From assembly GCA_964291405.2 (NCBI GenBank), contig OZ219926.1, positions 4,000,001 to 4,064,000 on the forward strand: 64,000 nucleotides of DNA, written 5' to 3'. A program made the position numbers and the translations under genes. This DNA is from Thermodesulfobacteriota bacterium. Lineage in GTDB: Bacteria; Desulfobacterota; Binatia; Bin18. Of this stretch, positions 36,674 through 47,417 are shown one piece after another (within the stretch, counting starts at the first letter, position 1; every line of letters starts with the position of its first letter). The notes under the pieces are model-generated. The model saw only the letters and a program-made list of their open reading frames with translations, had not been told where the DNA came from and did not search any database.

Positions 36674-37615
36674 CTACAACAGCAGTACCGCCTTGCCGGC
36701 AATTTCTCGATTGAGAAATCGTTGGGCTACGTCAGCAATAGTAGCCCAGGGCGCTTCTACCTCAATCTGTGGTTTGAGAATGCCGTCGGCGACAAGTTGG
36801 GCCAGTCGAGACAAGCCTGCTGAGGCTGGATGAGATTTCACCTCGTGAAACAGAATAAAGCCGTACAGCTTGGCTGCACCAATGCGAAAAAAGTCGCGCG
36901 CGTTCAAGGTCACCTCTGCTCCCGCGGACACCCCACAGGTCACACACATACCATCTGGACCGAGCATGGATAAGGCTTTCGTCAGTGTTTCACTACCAAC
37001 CGATTCAACGATCATATGATAGGGGCCAAACGCGGCTGCGCCTGCGATATCTTCTCCAACCACAACCTCATGTGCACCTGCGGCACGCGCGTGTTGCGCG
37101 CGCTCTGGACGGCGGACTGAAGCAACAACGCGTGCGCCCATGTGTCGAGCCAGTGTACAGCCCAGATGGCCCACACCGCCAGAGGCGCCAGTAATCAATA
37201 CGGAATGGCCGATGAGTGAACCGTTACGCTCAAGCGAATACAGGGCGGTGAGGCCTGCAACCGGTAACGTGGAAGCCTGAGCAAAAGAAACCACATCCGG
37301 TACAATTGCTAAGGCATGAGTCGGCACAGCAACCTGCTCCGCCCATGCGCCGGATGGGACGAAGCCGACTACGCGGGCTCCAACCGGAGGGCCGGAGCCG
37401 TCAGCCGCAACCTGCTCAACGACCCCAGCTAAATCCCAGCCCGGTCGCCATCCGGCCTCAGCGTTCATGGAAAACCGAACCTCGCCAAGATTCAGAGAAA
37501 CAGCCTTGACTCGGATGACGGCTTCGGACGAAAGCGGAGAAGGGGGATCGACGTTCTGGATAGTCAGGCGTTTTTCCGTGTCGGGATCAACCACGACCGC
37601 GCGAGTAGATTCCAT
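36674..37615 (-). CDS. MDR-family (quinone oxidoreductase-like) dehydrogenase
   Basis: PGWDLAGVV, LPVAGLTA, ITGASGGVG and GKAVL. Confidence 0.88.
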   Translation of the reverse strand: MESTRAVVVDPDTEKRLTIQNVDPPSPLSSEAVIRVKAVSLNLGEVRFSMNAEAGWRPGWDLAGVVEQVAADGSGPPVGARVVGFVPSGAWAEQVAVPTHALAIVPDVVSFAQASTLPVAGLTALYSLERNGSLIGHSVLITGASGGVGHLGCTLARHMGARVVASVRRPERAQHARAAGAHEVVVGEDIAGAAAFGPYHMIVESVGSETLTKALSMLGPDGMCVTCGVSAGAEVTLNARDFFRIGAAKLYGFILFHEVKSHPASAGLSRLAQLVADGILKPQIEVEAPWATIADVAQRFLNREIAGKAVLLL

Positions 37616-37629
37616 GCCGGCTCCTTGGG

Positions 37630-38097
37630 CTATGTGTGTGTGACCCTCTCTACCGGCGTCTGTCGCTCCACAAGAGACAGATGCTCGCACGCCAGCACGA
37701 CGTGGCCGTCCTGGTTAATGACTTCGAGCAGGTCAACCAGCACCCCATGAGTTGTCCGCCTGGGATAAGCGCGCTTGTCCTTGACCGTGAGACGGACATG
37801 GATCGTATCGCCAATAAAAACCGGGCGGATAAAACGGACGCGGTCGTAGCCATAGGAAAACGAGACCGGATTGATCTCTGTGGCCGTCATTCCGGCTCCA
37901 ATGCTGAGAATCAACGTGCCGTGGGCAATGCGTTGGCCAAACTCATTGGTCTTGGACCACTCGGCGTCCACATGATGCGGGAAAAAGTCCCCGGTTTGTC
38001 CGGCATGGGTGACAATGTCGCTCTCGGTAATCGTCCGGCCTAAGGTCTCGCGAGACGCACCAACCTCGTACTCTTCGAAATAAGTGGTTTTGACCAT
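37630..38097 (-). CDS. MaoC family dehydratase
   Basis: [21 protein letters not shown] and [12 protein letters not shown]. Confidence 0.9.
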   Translation of the reverse strand: MVKTTYFEEYEVGASRETLGRTITESDIVTHAGQTGDFFPHHVDAEWSKTNEFGQRIAHGTLILSIGAGMTATEINPVSFSYGYDRVRFIRPVFIGDTIHVRLTVKDKRAYPRRTTHGVLVDLLEVINQDGHVVLACEHLSLVERQTPVERVTHT

Positions 38098-38286
38098 GCG
38101 GTGTCCTGCTCCCCACAGGCGATCGCTCGTTGAAATTCGTCCCCTATCAAGTCTGTCAGGAAGAGGCAATGCAACGGCCCGGCTAGATGGTTGCGAGTCA
38201 CCCGTCCAGCGGCCCCTGATGCAAACCCTGGATTGCACGTATAATAAAACGATAAAATAGCAGCAGAAGGTAAGCCCGTTCTACTC

Positions 38287-39795
38287 ATGGTACGACAACA
38301 GCACGTTTTCCAACGAACGCATTTCCGACGGATAGTGTCGTTTTCTCTCCTGCTTTTACTCGTAATCGTGGGCTGTAGCCCGTACTCGGTGCGTTCTCTT
38401 GAGCAGCCGACGGTTTCCATACCGCAGGCGTATCATCATGGGACGACAGGCGAGCGGGTCCTGGGGCAGTGGTGGCGGGAGTTTGAAGACTCTCGACTGA
38501 ACGCGGCGATGGAGAGTGTCTTTACCGAGAACTTCGAGCTGAGACAGACATGGTCCCGGCTCGTGCAAGCCCAGGCCCTGGCGCGCATTGAGGGGGCTGA
38601 GCAGGTGCCCCAGGTCGATTTCCGCACGGGTGCTTCCCGCCTCCATACCGTCGACCGGGAAGCGATAGACCTACACGGGAACCGCCTCAGGCGCACGGCG
38701 AATCCGGACCGTTATTTTGTGGCCACGGGTCTTACGTATGAAATTGATATCTGGAAGCGGATTGCGGCCCGGCGGACTGCCGCCCGGCTTGAATCTGTCG
38801 CTTCGCGTCAGGACGTGGAGGCCACGGCCCTGCTACTCACGGGCGCGGTGGTGAATGTCTGGCTCACCTGTCAGGAGCAATACGCCCTTTTGGATGTGCT
38901 GCGGGAACAGATTCAGGTGAGCCAAACCCTGCTCAACCTGACCGAACTCCGCTTTAGCGTTGGGACGGGCTCTGCCGTGAATGTGTTACAGCAACGGCAG
39001 CAGCTTGCCGACACTCAAGCTCAGGTGCCGGTTGTCCAATCGTTTCTGGAGACGGCCATGAATCAGCTTGCGGTCTTGCTCGGCCGCGTGCCGGGCTCGC
39101 TTGATGAGTTGGCACCTGGTAGATCGCTGCCCGAGCTGCCGCCGTTTCCGCAACTGGTTTCTCCTGCCATGCTGCTCGTATCCCGTCCGGATTTGCAGGC
39201 CGCCCAACTCCGACTCCAATCCGCGGACTATCGAGTTGCGGCGGCAGTGGCTGAACGCTTGCCCCGCCTGGTATTGCAGTTGTCCTACGAGTTCAGCGCA
39301 CGGAGTTGGGACACGTTCTTTCGTCAAGAAATCGGTTCGCTGATCGGTGATATGCTCACGCCGCTGGTTGATGGCGGCCGCCGCCGGAACGAGGTGGTCC
39401 GGCAAAAGGCACGAGTTCAGGAATTGCTCGATCGTTTTGGACAGACGTACCTGACTGCCCTGCGCGAGATTGAAGACGCCTTGGTCCAAGAACGTCAGCA
39501 ACGAGAACTCATACGCAATCTTGAGCGGCAAATAACTCTTGCGCAGTCGACGCTGGATGTCTCCCGCTCTCGCTATACCCACGGTCTTATTGATTACCTC
39601 AACGTGCTCGTGGCGGTACAATCGCTCCAGGCTCTCCAGCGTCGGGTGATTAGCGAGCGGAAAACCCTGCTGAGCCGGCGGGCCGAACTCTACCGCGCCT
39701 TAGGCGGTAAGTGGACGGAGGCATTAGAAACCCCGAACGCCATCCGCCTAGCCGCCTCGCCTGACCCGGCCGCTCTCCCAGGAGGACGGTTGTGA
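38287..39795 (+). CDS. RND efflux outer membrane factor (NodT/OprM family lipoprotein)
   Basis: Lipobox IVGC, WWREF.D..L, RPDL and ELYRALGG.W. Confidence 0.92.
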   Translation: MVRQQHVFQRTHFRRIVSFSLLLLLVIVGCSPYSVRSLEQPTVSIPQAYHHGTTGERVLGQWWREFEDSRLNAAMESVFTENFELRQTWSRLVQAQALARIEGAEQVPQVDFRTGASRLHTVDREAIDLHGNRLRRTANPDRYFVATGLTYEIDIWKRIAARRTAARLESVASRQDVEATALLLTGAVVNVWLTCQEQYALLDVLREQIQVSQTLLNLTELRFSVGTGSAVNVLQQRQQLADTQAQVPVVQSFLETAMNQLAVLLGRVPGSLDELAPGRSLPELPPFPQLVSPAMLLVSRPDLQAAQLRLQSADYRVAAAVAERLPRLVLQLSYEFSARSWDTFFRQEIGSLIGDMLTPLVDGGRRRNEVVRQKARVQELLDRFGQTYLTALREIEDALVQERQQRELIRNLERQITLAQSTLDVSRSRYTHGLIDYLNVLVAVQSLQALQRRVISERKTLLSRRAELYRALGGKWTEALETPNAIRLAASPDPAALPGGRL

Positions 39796-41054
39796 CGCGG
39801 GCCGCAGGGGGAAAATCGTGGCCGACGCGGCTGTTCCGGCTTGGACTACCGCTGCTCATTCTTATTGTCGGCATGCTGGGCGCCCGTGCGCTGATCGCAA
39901 GCCGGCCTCCGGTTCCCAGGGTCGATCGGGAAGCTGTACCCACCCTAGTTGAGGTGATTACCGTTCACGCCCAAGATGAGCAAGCCGCATTGCAGGCGTA
40001 TGGTACCGTTCGAGCCCATCGTGAACTGACCCTCTTCCCCCGGGTCGAGGGCTATGTCATTGCTCAGCATAACGATCTGATCGATGGGGGTCTGGTCCGA
40101 GCGGGCGAGGTGCTGCTCAAGATTGACCCGCAGGATTATCGCCTGGCGGTCGATACCGAGCGGGGCAATCTGGCGCGAGCGGAATTCGAGCTGCAAGTCG
40201 AACAGGGGAATCAGGTCGTTGCCCATCAGGAATGGGACCTGCTGGAGCCGTCTATCGAGACCAGTGAGATGGGACGACTCTTGGCGCTGCGCCAGCCCCA
40301 TCTCAAAGAGAAGCGGGCTTCGGTGAATGCGGCCAAGAGTCGTCTGGCCCAGGCCGAGCTGGACCTGACCCGAACGGTGGTCTCGGCGCCGTGCAACGCG
40401 CTGGTGTTCAAGGAGACGGTTGAAATCGGGCAATTAGTCAACGCGCGGAGTGCGGTTGCGACCCTGGTATGCACTGATGCGTTTCGGGTCGAAGTAAGCG
40501 TACCGCTGAATGAATTGGGCTGGGTGGAATTCCCGGACGCTGTTCAATCGCCGCCATCTGAGGGCTCCCCGGATATCGCGACAAAAGGCTCCGCTGTCCG
40601 CATTATGCGCGATCTCGGGAGTGGAGAGTCTGTCCAGTGGACGGGATGGGTTGAGCGTCTGCTTGGCGACGTGACCGAAAACGGTCGCATGGCCCGGGTA
40701 CTGGTCCTCGTCCCTGACCCACTCGGTCTGAAGCCCGGTGAAGGCCGCCGTTCGTCTCTCCTGCTCGGAGAATATGTCCGGGTTGAGATTCTCGGTCCAA
40801 CCCTGCCCCAGGCGATTGTCCTGCCGCGCAGCAGCCTGCGCGAGGAAGAACGGGTATGGGTGTATAACGCGCAGGGAGAATTGGAAATTCGGCAAGTAGA
40901 GATTGCGCTACGGCGACGGGACTCGGTGCTGATTCAAGCTGGCCTGGAGGACGGCGACCGGGTCGTGACCAGCTCCCTGCCGGCCGCGCTGCCGGGGATG
41001 CGATTGCAGGCCGTGGAGGCTGAGCAGGCCTCGCCACGCGCGGACGAGGAATAA
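39792..41054 (+). CDS. RND efflux periplasmic adaptor subunit
   Basis: N-terminal TM, biotinyl-like 'V.AGEVLLKID' and helical hairpin. GTGA overlap with the OMF gene. Confidence 0.9.
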   Translation: MTRAAGGKSWPTRLFRLGLPLLILIVGMLGARALIASRPPVPRVDREAVPTLVEVITVHAQDEQAALQAYGTVRAHRELTLFPRVEGYVIAQHNDLIDGGLVRAGEVLLKIDPQDYRLAVDTERGNLARAEFELQVEQGNQVVAHQEWDLLEPSIETSEMGRLLALRQPHLKEKRASVNAAKSRLAQAELDLTRTVVSAPCNALVFKETVEIGQLVNARSAVATLVCTDAFRVEVSVPLNELGWVEFPDAVQSPPSEGSPDIATKGSAVRIMRDLGSGESVQWTGWVERLLGDVTENGRMARVLVLVPDPLGLKPGEGRRSSLLLGEYVRVEILGPTLPQAIVLPRSSLREEERVWVYNAQGELEIRQVEIALRRRDSVLIQAGLEDGDRVVTSSLPAALPGMRLQAVEAEQASPRADEE

Positions 41055-41061
41055 GCTTGCC

Positions 41062-44000
41062 GTGGCCGATAGTGTTGACACTGCGCCGCATGTCGGCGGC
41101 CCAATCGCCTGGATGGCGCGCAACCATGTGGCCGCCAATCTGCTGATGCTCCTGTTTCTCGTGGGTGGCCTCCTTCTCAGCACGCGAGTCAAACAGGAAA
41201 TTTTCCCCGAGTTCACCGCCGATACCATTACCGTCTCCGTGCTGCATCGCGGAGCCAGCCCCGCGGAAGTCGAGCAGGGTGTTATTCTATCCATCGAAGA
41301 CGAGGTGCGGGGGCTGGATGGGGTCCAGGAGGTGCGAGCTACGGCGACCGAAAGCCGCGCCAAGGTGACTATTGAACTGCTGACCGGCGCGGACACGGGC
41401 AAGGCGCTCCAGGATGTCAAAAACGCAGTGGACAGTATTCTGTCCTTTCCCGAGGAAGCGGAACGGCCGATCGTTAGCCTGTCCAAGATCCGCAACCTGG
41501 TGCTGACCCTACTAGTGCATGGCTCGCAGGATGAGCAGACTCTGCGCGATTTGGCCGAGCGTATTCGAGACGAGTTGCTGCAACGGCCCGGCGTGACCCT
41601 GATTGAGCTGGCGGCCGCCAGACCGCTGGAGATCAGTCTGGAGGTCCCGCAGCGCAACCTGCGGGCCTATAATCTGACCCTCGGTCGCATTGCCCGTGAG
41701 GTGCGCGAAGCGGCAATTGAACTGCCGGCCGGTGGGGTGAAAACCCCAGGCGGTGAAGTGCTGCTGCGCACTCAGGAACGCCGTGACTTTGCCCGCGAGT
41801 ACGCCAGTATCCCGGTCGCGGCGGCACCGGACGGCTCGCAGATTCTGGTGGGCGATATTGCGCATATTCATGACGGATTTGAGGAGACCGACGTGGAGGC
41901 GGTTTTCAACGGGCAACGCGCGGTCCGGATCCAGGTCTTTCGTGTTGGCAATGAAAGCCCGCAGTCGGTCTCCGATACAGTCCGAGCCTATGTAGCTGAA
42001 ATCGAGCCTGACCTGCCGCCCGGAATCGGATTAGCCGTCTGGAACGATCGGTCCGAAGTCTACCGCGACCGGGTCAATCTGTTGGTCAAAAACGCCTTCC
42101 TGGGTCTGGTCCTGGTCTTGTTGCTATTGGGAATCTTCCTCGACCCAAAGCTGGCCTTTTGGGTGACCCTGGGCATTCCCATCTCCATTTTAGGCTCGTT
42201 TCTTTTTCTGCCGTTGACCGGTGCCTCGATTAACATGATCTCGCTCTTTGCTTTTATTATTACCCTGGGCATTGTGGTAGATGACGCGGTGGTCGTCGGG
42301 GAAAACGTGTATGAAAGGCGTGAGCGTGGGATGCCCTTTTTGCAAGCCGCGACCGAAGGGGCCAGAGACATCGCCGGGCCGGTGCTGTTTGCCGTGTTGA
42401 CCAATATCGTGGCGTTTTTGCCGCTGGCCTTTGTACCGGGGACATTCGGAAGATTCTTTGGTCAGATTCCGGCGGTTGTGGTGGCTGTGTTTGTCGTCTC
42501 ACTCATTGAATCGCTCTTCATTCTGCCTGCCCATCTGTCGCGCCAGACACCCGAGAATCGGGTGTGGGCCGTATTCGGGAAGCCGCGCCGTATTCTTAAC
42601 GATCTCTTGCAGCGCGGCATGACGCAGATTTATCAGCCGCTCTTACGCCTCGCCTTGGCCAACCGGTACACGACGCTCGCCACTGGTATCGCGCTGCTGA
42701 TTCTAGCGGGTGGTGCGATTGGTGGGGGCCATGTTCCGTTCAGCTTTATTCCGCGTATTGATACCGATGTCGTCGCCGCTCAGGCGACGCTGCCGTTTGG
42801 GGTGCCGATGGAGACCGCCCGGCGTGTTCAGCATCAACTGCTCACCACGGCGCTGACCACTGTTGAGGAACACGGAGGGACGGACATACTCGAGGGTACG
42901 TATGCTCTGATCGGCGCGCCTCTGCCGTCGTTCGGGCCTCCGCGTGCCGAGGGCGTAGGGGGAAGTCACCTGGTGGGTGTGCAGGTCTCGCTCGTATCGT
43001 CGGATCAGCGCGAGATTGGCAGCCTGGAATTTGTGGACGCTTGGCGAGCGGCGAGCAGGCATATTGCCGGCATCGAAACCCTGACCTTTGAGGCCGAAAC
43101 GAATGTGAGCGAGGGGGCGGACATCGATATTCAGTTGACACACCGCGACCGGCCCACGCTGGAGGCTGCGGCAACGGAGTTGGCCCAGGTCCTGGCCGGG
43201 TATGCCGGGGTACGTGATATTGACGACGGTTTTGCCCGCGGTAAGCCGCAGTTGAGCCTGACGCTCAAACCCGAGGCGCGCAGCCTGGGTATCAACGCCA
43301 CCGACCTGGCCCGACAGGTCCGAAGCGCGTTCTATGGAGCGGAAGCGCTCCGGCAACAACGCGGGCGCAACGAAGTCCGAGTCATGGTACGCCTGCCTGA
43401 AAACGAGCGGCGCACGGCCCATACGGTTGAGCAGCTGATGCTGCGCACGGATGCCGGTGGTGAGATTCCACTCTTTCAGGCCGCGGATGTTGAGCGTGGC
43501 CGCGCCTATACCGAAATCCGCCGACGGGAAGGCCGACGGATTATTGCCGTAACCGCGGATGTGGACAAAAGCACGGCGAATACGAGTACCATTATGGCCG
43601 AGGTGCTCAGCCGGGAATTACCGGTCCTCATGCAAAAATACCCCGGCTTGAGCTATGCGCTGGAAGGCGAGGAGCTGTCCCGACAAGAGTCGCTTGAGGC
43701 CCTGGGCATCGGCTTTGTGTTTGCGCTGCTCGGTATCTACGGCCTGCTGGCCGTGCCCTTCCGCAGCTATTTCCAGCCGGTGCTCGTTATGCTGAGCATT
43801 CCGTTCGGCATCATCGGTGCGCTGCTGGGCCTTATTCTGCTCGGTCACGACCTGAGCGTCATCAGCCTGTTCGGGATTGTTGCCCTGTCCGGGGTGGTGA
43901 TCAACGACTCTCTGGTGCTGGTGGTCACGGCCAACAGCCTGCGCATGACGCGGCAGCTCTCGGCGAGCGAGGCCATTAGTCAGGCCGGGACTCGTCGGTT

Positions 44001-44250
44001 CCGTCCTATTTTACTGACCTCGCTGACCACGTTTTTCGGGTTGACCCCGATGATTTTTGAGACCTCGGTCCAGGCCCGCTTCCTGGTGCCCATGGCCATT
44101 TCTCTCGGCTTCGGTATTTTGTTTGCAACCGTCATCATCCTGGTACTACTACCGGCCTCATATTTGATCCTGGAAGATATCCAGCATCTTCCATCCACTC
44201 TCCGAGCCCTGTTCAGCGTGGACGATCCGGTACGACCGGCCCCTCGTTAA
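41062..44250 (+). CDS. RND efflux permease (AcrB/AcrD/AcrF family)
   Basis: GIVVDDAVVVGEN, GVVINDS and RFRPILLTSLTT. 1062 aa. Confidence 0.95.
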   Translation: MADSVDTAPHVGGPIAWMARNHVAANLLMLLFLVGGLLLSTRVKQEIFPEFTADTITVSVLHRGASPAEVEQGVILSIEDEVRGLDGVQEVRATATESRAKVTIELLTGADTGKALQDVKNAVDSILSFPEEAERPIVSLSKIRNLVLTLLVHGSQDEQTLRDLAERIRDELLQRPGVTLIELAAARPLEISLEVPQRNLRAYNLTLGRIAREVREAAIELPAGGVKTPGGEVLLRTQERRDFAREYASIPVAAAPDGSQILVGDIAHIHDGFEETDVEAVFNGQRAVRIQVFRVGNESPQSVSDTVRAYVAEIEPDLPPGIGLAVWNDRSEVYRDRVNLLVKNAFLGLVLVLLLLGIFLDPKLAFWVTLGIPISILGSFLFLPLTGASINMISLFAFIITLGIVVDDAVVVGENVYERRERGMPFLQAATEGARDIAGPVLFAVLTNIVAFLPLAFVPGTFGRFFGQIPAVVVAVFVVSLIESLFILPAHLSRQTPENRVWAVFGKPRRILNDLLQRGMTQIYQPLLRLALANRYTTLATGIALLILAGGAIGGGHVPFSFIPRIDTDVVAAQATLPFGVPMETARRVQHQLLTTALTTVEEHGGTDILEGTYALIGAPLPSFGPPRAEGVGGSHLVGVQVSLVSSDQREIGSLEFVDAWRAASRHIAGIETLTFEAETNVSEGADIDIQLTHRDRPTLEAAATELAQVLAGYAGVRDIDDGFARGKPQLSLTLKPEARSLGINATDLARQVRSAFYGAEALRQQRGRNEVRVMVRLPENERRTAHTVEQLMLRTDAGGEIPLFQAADVERGRAYTEIRRREGRRIIAVTADVDKSTANTSTIMAEVLSRELPVLMQKYPGLSYALEGEELSRQESLEALGIGFVFALLGIYGLLAVPFRSYFQPVLVMLSIPFGIIGALLGLILLGHDLSVISLFGIVALSGVVINDSLVLVVTANSLRMTRQLSASEAISQAGTRRFRPILLTSLTTFFGLTPMIFETSVQARFLVPMAISLGFGILFATVIILVLLPASYLILEDIQHLPSTLRALFSVDDPVRPAPR

Positions 44251-44289
44251 AAAGACTGCGCTGCCGACACCCCCCGCTGCCGAGTACTG

Positions 44290-44316
44290 TTGACATGCAT
44301 ACAGAATGCATATATT
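44290..44316 (+). promoter_or_regulatory. Orphan sigma70-like promoter with palindromic operator
   Basis: TTGACA then TGCAT-ACAGA-ATGCA then TATATT. The 15-bp spacer is suboptimal. Confidence 0.3.
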
Positions 44317-44360
44317 GGGACTATGCATGCAAACGGCCTGTATGGCTCATATGGGGTAGT

Positions 44361-44891
44361 TATAACATTCCGATTCGCTGACGGAGAACATAAGGGAGCG
44401 ATGCTTGCCTCCAGATCGAGAGAGGAGGGGCCATATGAGCAGAGCGTACTCGTTGGATTTGCGGGAGCGGGTGCTTGACGCGGTGGCGGCGGGCCAATCG
44501 GCGCGCAGTGCGGCCGCGCATTTCGGGATTGGCACGGCGACAGCTGTACGGTGGGTGCGCCGGTGGCGTGAGACGGGGGAGAGGGTCGCGCACAAGCAGG
44601 GCCATCCCGTGGGGTCGAAGCTCGACGTGCATGCGGAGTATCTACTGGGCCTCATTGCAGACAAAGGGAGCCTGACACTGGAGGAGTTGCGGACCCGTCT
44701 CGCTCAGGAGCGCGGGATGCAGGTCGCCATCAGCACGCTCTGGGGTTTCTACCAGAAGCATGGAGTCTCGTTCAAAAAAAGACCGGGCATGCGCAAGAGT
44801 CCGCCGGGTAAGGCATACAAATCGCCTGGGCGGCCTGAGTCTGAAGGCAACCAACCCGCAACCCTATCCGTTTGATATTTCCTGCTGAATG
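44361..44891 (+). mobile_element. Decayed IS630-family element
   Basis: HTH ORF at 44435 (MSRAYSLDLRERVL..TLEEL..STLW..GVSFKK). A7G slip site at 44774-44781, then KTGHAQE and a degenerate 'QP..NP.RLIF..E' with stops. The DDE domain is missing. Confidence 0.85.
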
Positions 44892-44908
44892 ATGAAGACG
44901 GACGGTCC

Positions 44909-45295
44909 CTAACCCTTTATCTCGTTTGACCGATTTCCGTCCCTGGGAGATTGGGTCAAGAAATAATCCAGACTCAGCCACAGGCTTTTTGAGTGACGGA
45001 AGCACAGGATAGGAAAGCCGATGGCGAAGGCGCTCCAGACCAGCATCTGGTGCGTTAACGACCAATCCGTCCAAGAGTCCAGAATCAAAAAGCCGGGGGT
45101 GGCAATTAACACCGTGGCGGCGTAATTGAGATAAATCGCGCCAACGTAATAGCCCTGTTCCGGTTCAAAGGACAGGGAGCACGCAGGACAATGCTCAAAG
45201 AGCGTAAAGGCGCGTGTAAACAGGCGGCCCTGTCCGCAGCGTGGACACTGAAGGCGGAGACAGCGACCGAGGATGGGCAGGAGGCGGCGGAGCAT
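44909..45295 (-). CDS. DUF983 family membrane protein
   Basis: CPRCGQGRLF..CPAC, E.GYYVGA, two TMs and SKSLW..D. Confidence 0.85.
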   Translation of the reverse strand: MLRRLLPILGRCLRLQCPRCGQGRLFTRAFTLFEHCPACSLSFEPEQGYYVGAIYLNYAATVLIATPGFLILDSWTDWSLTHQMLVWSAFAIGFPILCFRHSKSLWLSLDYFLTQSPRDGNRSNEIKG

Positions 45296-45468
45296 ACGGG
45301 AGGTCTTTCTAGACGCTTATTGGCTGTACCGTCTCGCTGAATGTAGAGACTTTCATACGGACCTGTCCTCCACCGTGACGCCCGTTCATCCGGGCAGGTG
45401 TGTCCAATTGCGTGCCGACAACGCGCCCACTTGTCGGACTTTCCTCATCCGCTACGCTGGTTGCAACG

Positions 45469-45924
45469 ATGACGGCTCGGTACCGACTTGAACGCGTGCA
45501 GCGCATTCCGCAACCGCTTGAGACCGTTTTCTCATTTTTTGCTGACGCGGAAAACCTGGAGCGCATTACCCCGCCGTTTTTGCATTTTCGTATTCTGACC
45601 CCGTTGCCTATGACCATGCAGGTCGGTGCGCATATTGAATATCATCTCAGACTTATTGGGTTTCCCATCCAGTGGACTACACGGATAGAGGACTATGCGC
45701 CTCCGCACCGTTTTGTCGATAGCCAACTCTCCGGGCCCTATAAGCAGTGGGTGCATCTGCATGAGTTCTCAGCGAGTGTCGATGGAACCCTGATGCGGGA
45801 TGTAGTGGATTACGACATCCCGTACGGCATTATTGGCACGTTGGCCCAGAAACTCTTTGTCGCCCATATGCTGGAACGCATCTTTGATTACCGCCGAGAG
45901 GCAATCACGGCTCTTCTGGGTTGA
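45469..45924 (+). CDS. SRPBCC (START-like) family protein
   Basis: VFSFF...NLERITPP, FVD.QL.GPY..W.H.H.F, M.D.VDY and IFDYR. Confidence 0.9.
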   Translation: MTARYRLERVQRIPQPLETVFSFFADAENLERITPPFLHFRILTPLPMTMQVGAHIEYHLRLIGFPIQWTTRIEDYAPPHRFVDSQLSGPYKQWVHLHEFSASVDGTLMRDVVDYDIPYGIIGTLAQKLFVAHMLERIFDYRREAITALLG

Positions 45925-46435
45925 CCTGAGATGACATGGTGTGGGCCAGCCACAGGAGGCCGGGAACGACGAGGCTCCACACTATAGCCAGGACCATCAG
46001 CGTGGTCCTGGTAGAAGGGACAAAGGTGAGCGCCCCTAGGCCCACGCCGGCATAATAGCTCAGCGGTCCGCCCGCCGCACCAAAGAGACAAGCCAGGCGA
46101 TAGCGTACGCGCAGCCAGCGCATGGAGTGATTGAGGGTTGAGGCAAACCCCATCCACAGCGCCGTCATCCATACCGGACACAGCCATGAGAGGGTATGAT
46201 TCGTAAAGGTGTACAGACCGCCCAGCATGAGCAGCGAATCCAGACTAGTCCCGAACAGACCCGTGACCAGGATGAAGCGCAATTCTTGCGTACGATTTGC
46301 CGTAAGAAAGAAATGCAGAGCCAGTAACGCGGCCATGACCAGCACGCCCAGCCACGGCATGTTGTAGACAGCGCCCAAGAGACAGGCAAACCAGCCGAGG
46401 TAAAACGAGGTTATGTTGATGAAGGGATGAACCAT
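45905..46435 (-). CDS. DUF2878 family membrane protein
   Basis: N...F..GW, P.WM.ALW..FA.TLNHS and GA.GGPLSYYAG. Confidence 0.88.
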   Translation of the reverse strand: MVHPFINITSFYLGWFACLLGAVYNMPWLGVLVMAALLALHFFLTANRTQELRFILVTGLFGTSLDSLLMLGGLYTFTNHTLSWLCPVWMTALWMGFASTLNHSMRWLRVRYRLACLFGAAGGPLSYYAGVGLGALTFVPSTRTTLMVLAIVWSLVVPGLLWLAHTMSSQVNPEEP

Positions 46436-46658
46436 AGGAGGCGAGGTTCAGTCGAGACACACCAGACTCGCGTCACTACACAGGTTTGGTCGATAATTAC
46501 CGTATAGCACCAAGTCTATGCTCTCAACACTACCCTCACAATAACCGGAGGGCTTCTCAGTTTGCGTCATGTCTATACAATGGGAAGAACCCGACAGAGA
46601 GAAAACCAGAGGAAATCGTTCTGGCGTGGAAAGGGAAGGAGTAGGGGGTGGTAGTCCG

Positions 46659-47417
46659 GTGAGCAAGGAGGGGAAGGCACCCGACTCATCTCGAAGTCAG
46701 TCGGGTCGGCCGCTTATTGCATTACGAGACCTGACCAAGGTGTATCAGGAAGGCGAGCGTCTCCATCCGGTCTTGCGGCAGGTCAACTTATCCATTCAGT
46801 CCGGCGAGTTTGTTGTGCTGCTCGGACGGAGTGGGTCAGGAAAATCCACCCTCCTCAATGTGCTGAGCGGTATCGACCTGCCGACCAGCGGTGAAGTCGT
46901 CTTTTCCACCGATCGGGGCGAAGTGAATCTCACCCGACTGAGTGAACGCGAGCGCACATTATTCCGTCGCGTGCATATTGGTTTTATCTTCCAGTTTTTT
47001 AATTTGATTCCGACCTTGTCAGTCGAAGAAAATCTGCTCCTGCCGCTAGAACTCAATAGTCGCACAGGGCCGGCAGAGCAAGGCCGGGCACACGACCTGC
47101 TTGAGGCCGTCGGCCTGGAAGATCGTGCCCAGAGCTTTCCCGACCGTCTGTCCGGAGGCGAGCAACAGCGCGTCGCCATAGCTCGGGCCTTGGTCCACGA
47201 CCCGCTGCTGCTGCTCGCCGATGAACCCACCGGCAATCTTGATCTTGAGACCGGGCGGCGGGTGCTCGAGTTGCTGGACCGACTGACCCGACAACGCGGC
47301 AAAACGCTGATCATGGTCACCCACAGCCCCGAGGTGATTGGAGTCGCCGACCGTTTGCTCACGCTACACGCCGGTCAAGTGGTTGCGAGTGACTACCCTA
47401 CCGAGGCCGCCGGATGA
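46659..47417 (+). CDS. LolD/AttE-like ABC transporter ATP-binding protein
   Basis: [18 protein letters not shown] and [11 protein letters not shown]. Start is uncertain (ORF opens at 46569). Confidence 0.93.
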   Translation: MSKEGKAPDSSRSQSGRPLIALRDLTKVYQEGERLHPVLRQVNLSIQSGEFVVLLGRSGSGKSTLLNVLSGIDLPTSGEVVFSTDRGEVNLTRLSERERTLFRRVHIGFIFQFFNLIPTLSVEENLLLPLELNSRTGPAEQGRAHDLLEAVGLEDRAQSFPDRLSGGEQQRVAIARALVHDPLLLLADEPTGNLDLETGRRVLELLDRLTRQRGKTLIMVTHSPEVIGVADRLLTLHAGQVVASDYPTEAAG

